A DNA stretch of 64,000 nt, taken from an uncultured Nitrospinota bacterium (GTDB taxonomy: Bacteria > Tectomicrobia > Entotheonellia > J063 > CAVPRW01). Both the position numbers and the translations under genes were made by a program. The DNA lies in contig CAVPRW010000042.1 of assembly GCA_963707985.1 (NCBI GenBank), positions 260,555 to 324,554 on the forward strand, in the 5' to 3' direction. Numbering within the stretch: position 1 is the first letter of the stretch; each line of letters begins with the position of its first letter. This document shows, one piece after another, positions 62,809 through 64,000 of the stretch. A model generated the notes under the pieces. That model was not told the DNA's origin. It did no database searches and saw nothing but the letters and a program-made list of their open reading frames with translations.

Positions 62809-64000
62809 ATGCAAAGAGACCTGCCAGCCTTAGCCGAATCCGCTTATGACCTATTAGTCGTCGGCGGTGGCATCCATGGTGCTTGCGTTGCATGGACTAC
62901 TACCCCAGGGCTATCAGTAGCCCTCGTCGAGAAAAGAGATTTCTGTTCGGCCACCTCCGCCAACAGCCTGAAGATCATCCATGGTGGGTTCAGGTATCTA
63001 CAGCACGCCGACTTCAAGCGCATGCGCGAATCGATCCGAGAGCGTACGTGCTTAATGCGGATCGCGCCGCATTCGGTTCACCCCCTTCCGGTGCTCATAC
63101 CTACATACGGCTATGGGATGCGGGGCAGGGTGTTAGCCCTAGCGCTGACCCTCAACGACCTGATCGCGCATGATCGCAACTGCCTCGGAGATCCGCAGAA
63201 ATGGATTCCCCGCGGCCGCTGATCTCTCAAGGTGAGTGTCTACCGCTGCTCGGGAAGATCCGCCAACAAGGTCTTACAGGCGGTGCGATCTTTTATGACG
63301 CCCAGGTCTACAATTCCGAACGGCTTGTCCTGGCGTTCCTTCACTCGGCTGTCAAGGCCGGGGCTAAACTAGCCAACTACCTCGAAGTAAGCGGGTTTCT
63401 CAAGGAGCGGGACCGCGTCATCGGAGTCCAGGCCACAGATTTCCTAACCGGCACTCAGTTCGATATTCGGGCTCGGATGGTGGTATGCACATGCGGCCCA
63501 TGGGTGAATCGCGTTCTGGGTTTGCTAAAGGACTTATCGGGGCCCAGCTGCAGTCCGTTTCGCAAAAGCCTTCAACCTTGTCACCCGTCAACTCTTCCAC
63601 ACATATGCGCTGGGCATTTCTGGTGAGAATGCCTCGCGAGGTACCGGTGATTTAGGGAGTCAAGGGAGCGGCCTCCTCTTCGTTGCGCCGTGGCACAATC
63701 GGTCGTTAGTCGGTACGGCCTACGCTGCTTGCGATGAAAACCCGGATGCTTTCGGAGTCACCGAGAAAAGATGTGCGGAACTTTCTGAATCAAGTCAACC
63801 GGGCGTGTCCCGCAGCAAACCTTCGCGAGGAGGATGTCGCGCTGGTGCATGGGGGCTTGTCCCCATCTCCGGCTTTAACTGTGGGACGGGTCATGTACAG
63901 CTCGCTACACGCTATCAAATCCACGATTTCCTGGGCCAGGGGGTAAAGGGCATTGTATCGGTGGTGGGAGTGAAATACACGACGGCCAGGCACGTGGCTG
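62809..64000 (+). CDS. Glycerol-3-phosphate dehydrogenase/oxidase-family FAD oxidoreductase (frameshifted, runs off window)
   Basis: YDLLVVGGGIHG, TSANSLKIIHGG.RYL, APH.V.PL, GVKYTTAR at the window end. Confidence 0.8.

Overview
A 64 kb window of GC-rich (~60%) bacterial DNA. The gene content (F420 biosynthesis, molybdenum hydroxylases, cyclase/AAA/TPR proteins, LLM oxidoreductase, amidohydrolase) suggests a Tectomicrobia/'Entotheonella'-like or related uncultured organism, but that is inference only. About 20 single-base frameshifts in otherwise intact genes point to an unpolished long-read assembly. Contents in order: a sugar SBP; a decayed patch (UGSC selenoprotein remnant, GNAT, TMEM175 and SET fragments with attC-like junctions); a xanthine-dehydrogenase-family L-S-M-G cluster; two toxin-antitoxin pairs; a probable 6S RNA; cofD-cofC-cofE-npdG; a solo Mo-hydroxylase large subunit lacking the catalytic Glu; a minus-strand cluster (VOC, LLM, SBP-fold protein, asparaginase-like, amidohydrolase); a 4,088-bp-period tandem duplication of a DUF1800-DUF1501-NHL module; a dead BamHI-like R-M pair; a 7.6 kb IS4-bounded cargo element with an 11-bp target duplication; an Opp-type ABC locus with mepA; and the start of an exopolysaccharide locus. 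Top hunts: (1) a hidden 308-aa selenocysteine-containing, signal-peptide-less NMT1/THI5/SsuA-fold protein with an in-frame TGA and a SECIS-like hairpin, inside the catabolic cluster; (2) the duplicated, mosaic DUF1800-DUF1501-NHL system; (3) the IS4 composite element; (4) a duplicated structured hairpin upstream of an atypical LuxR regulator.
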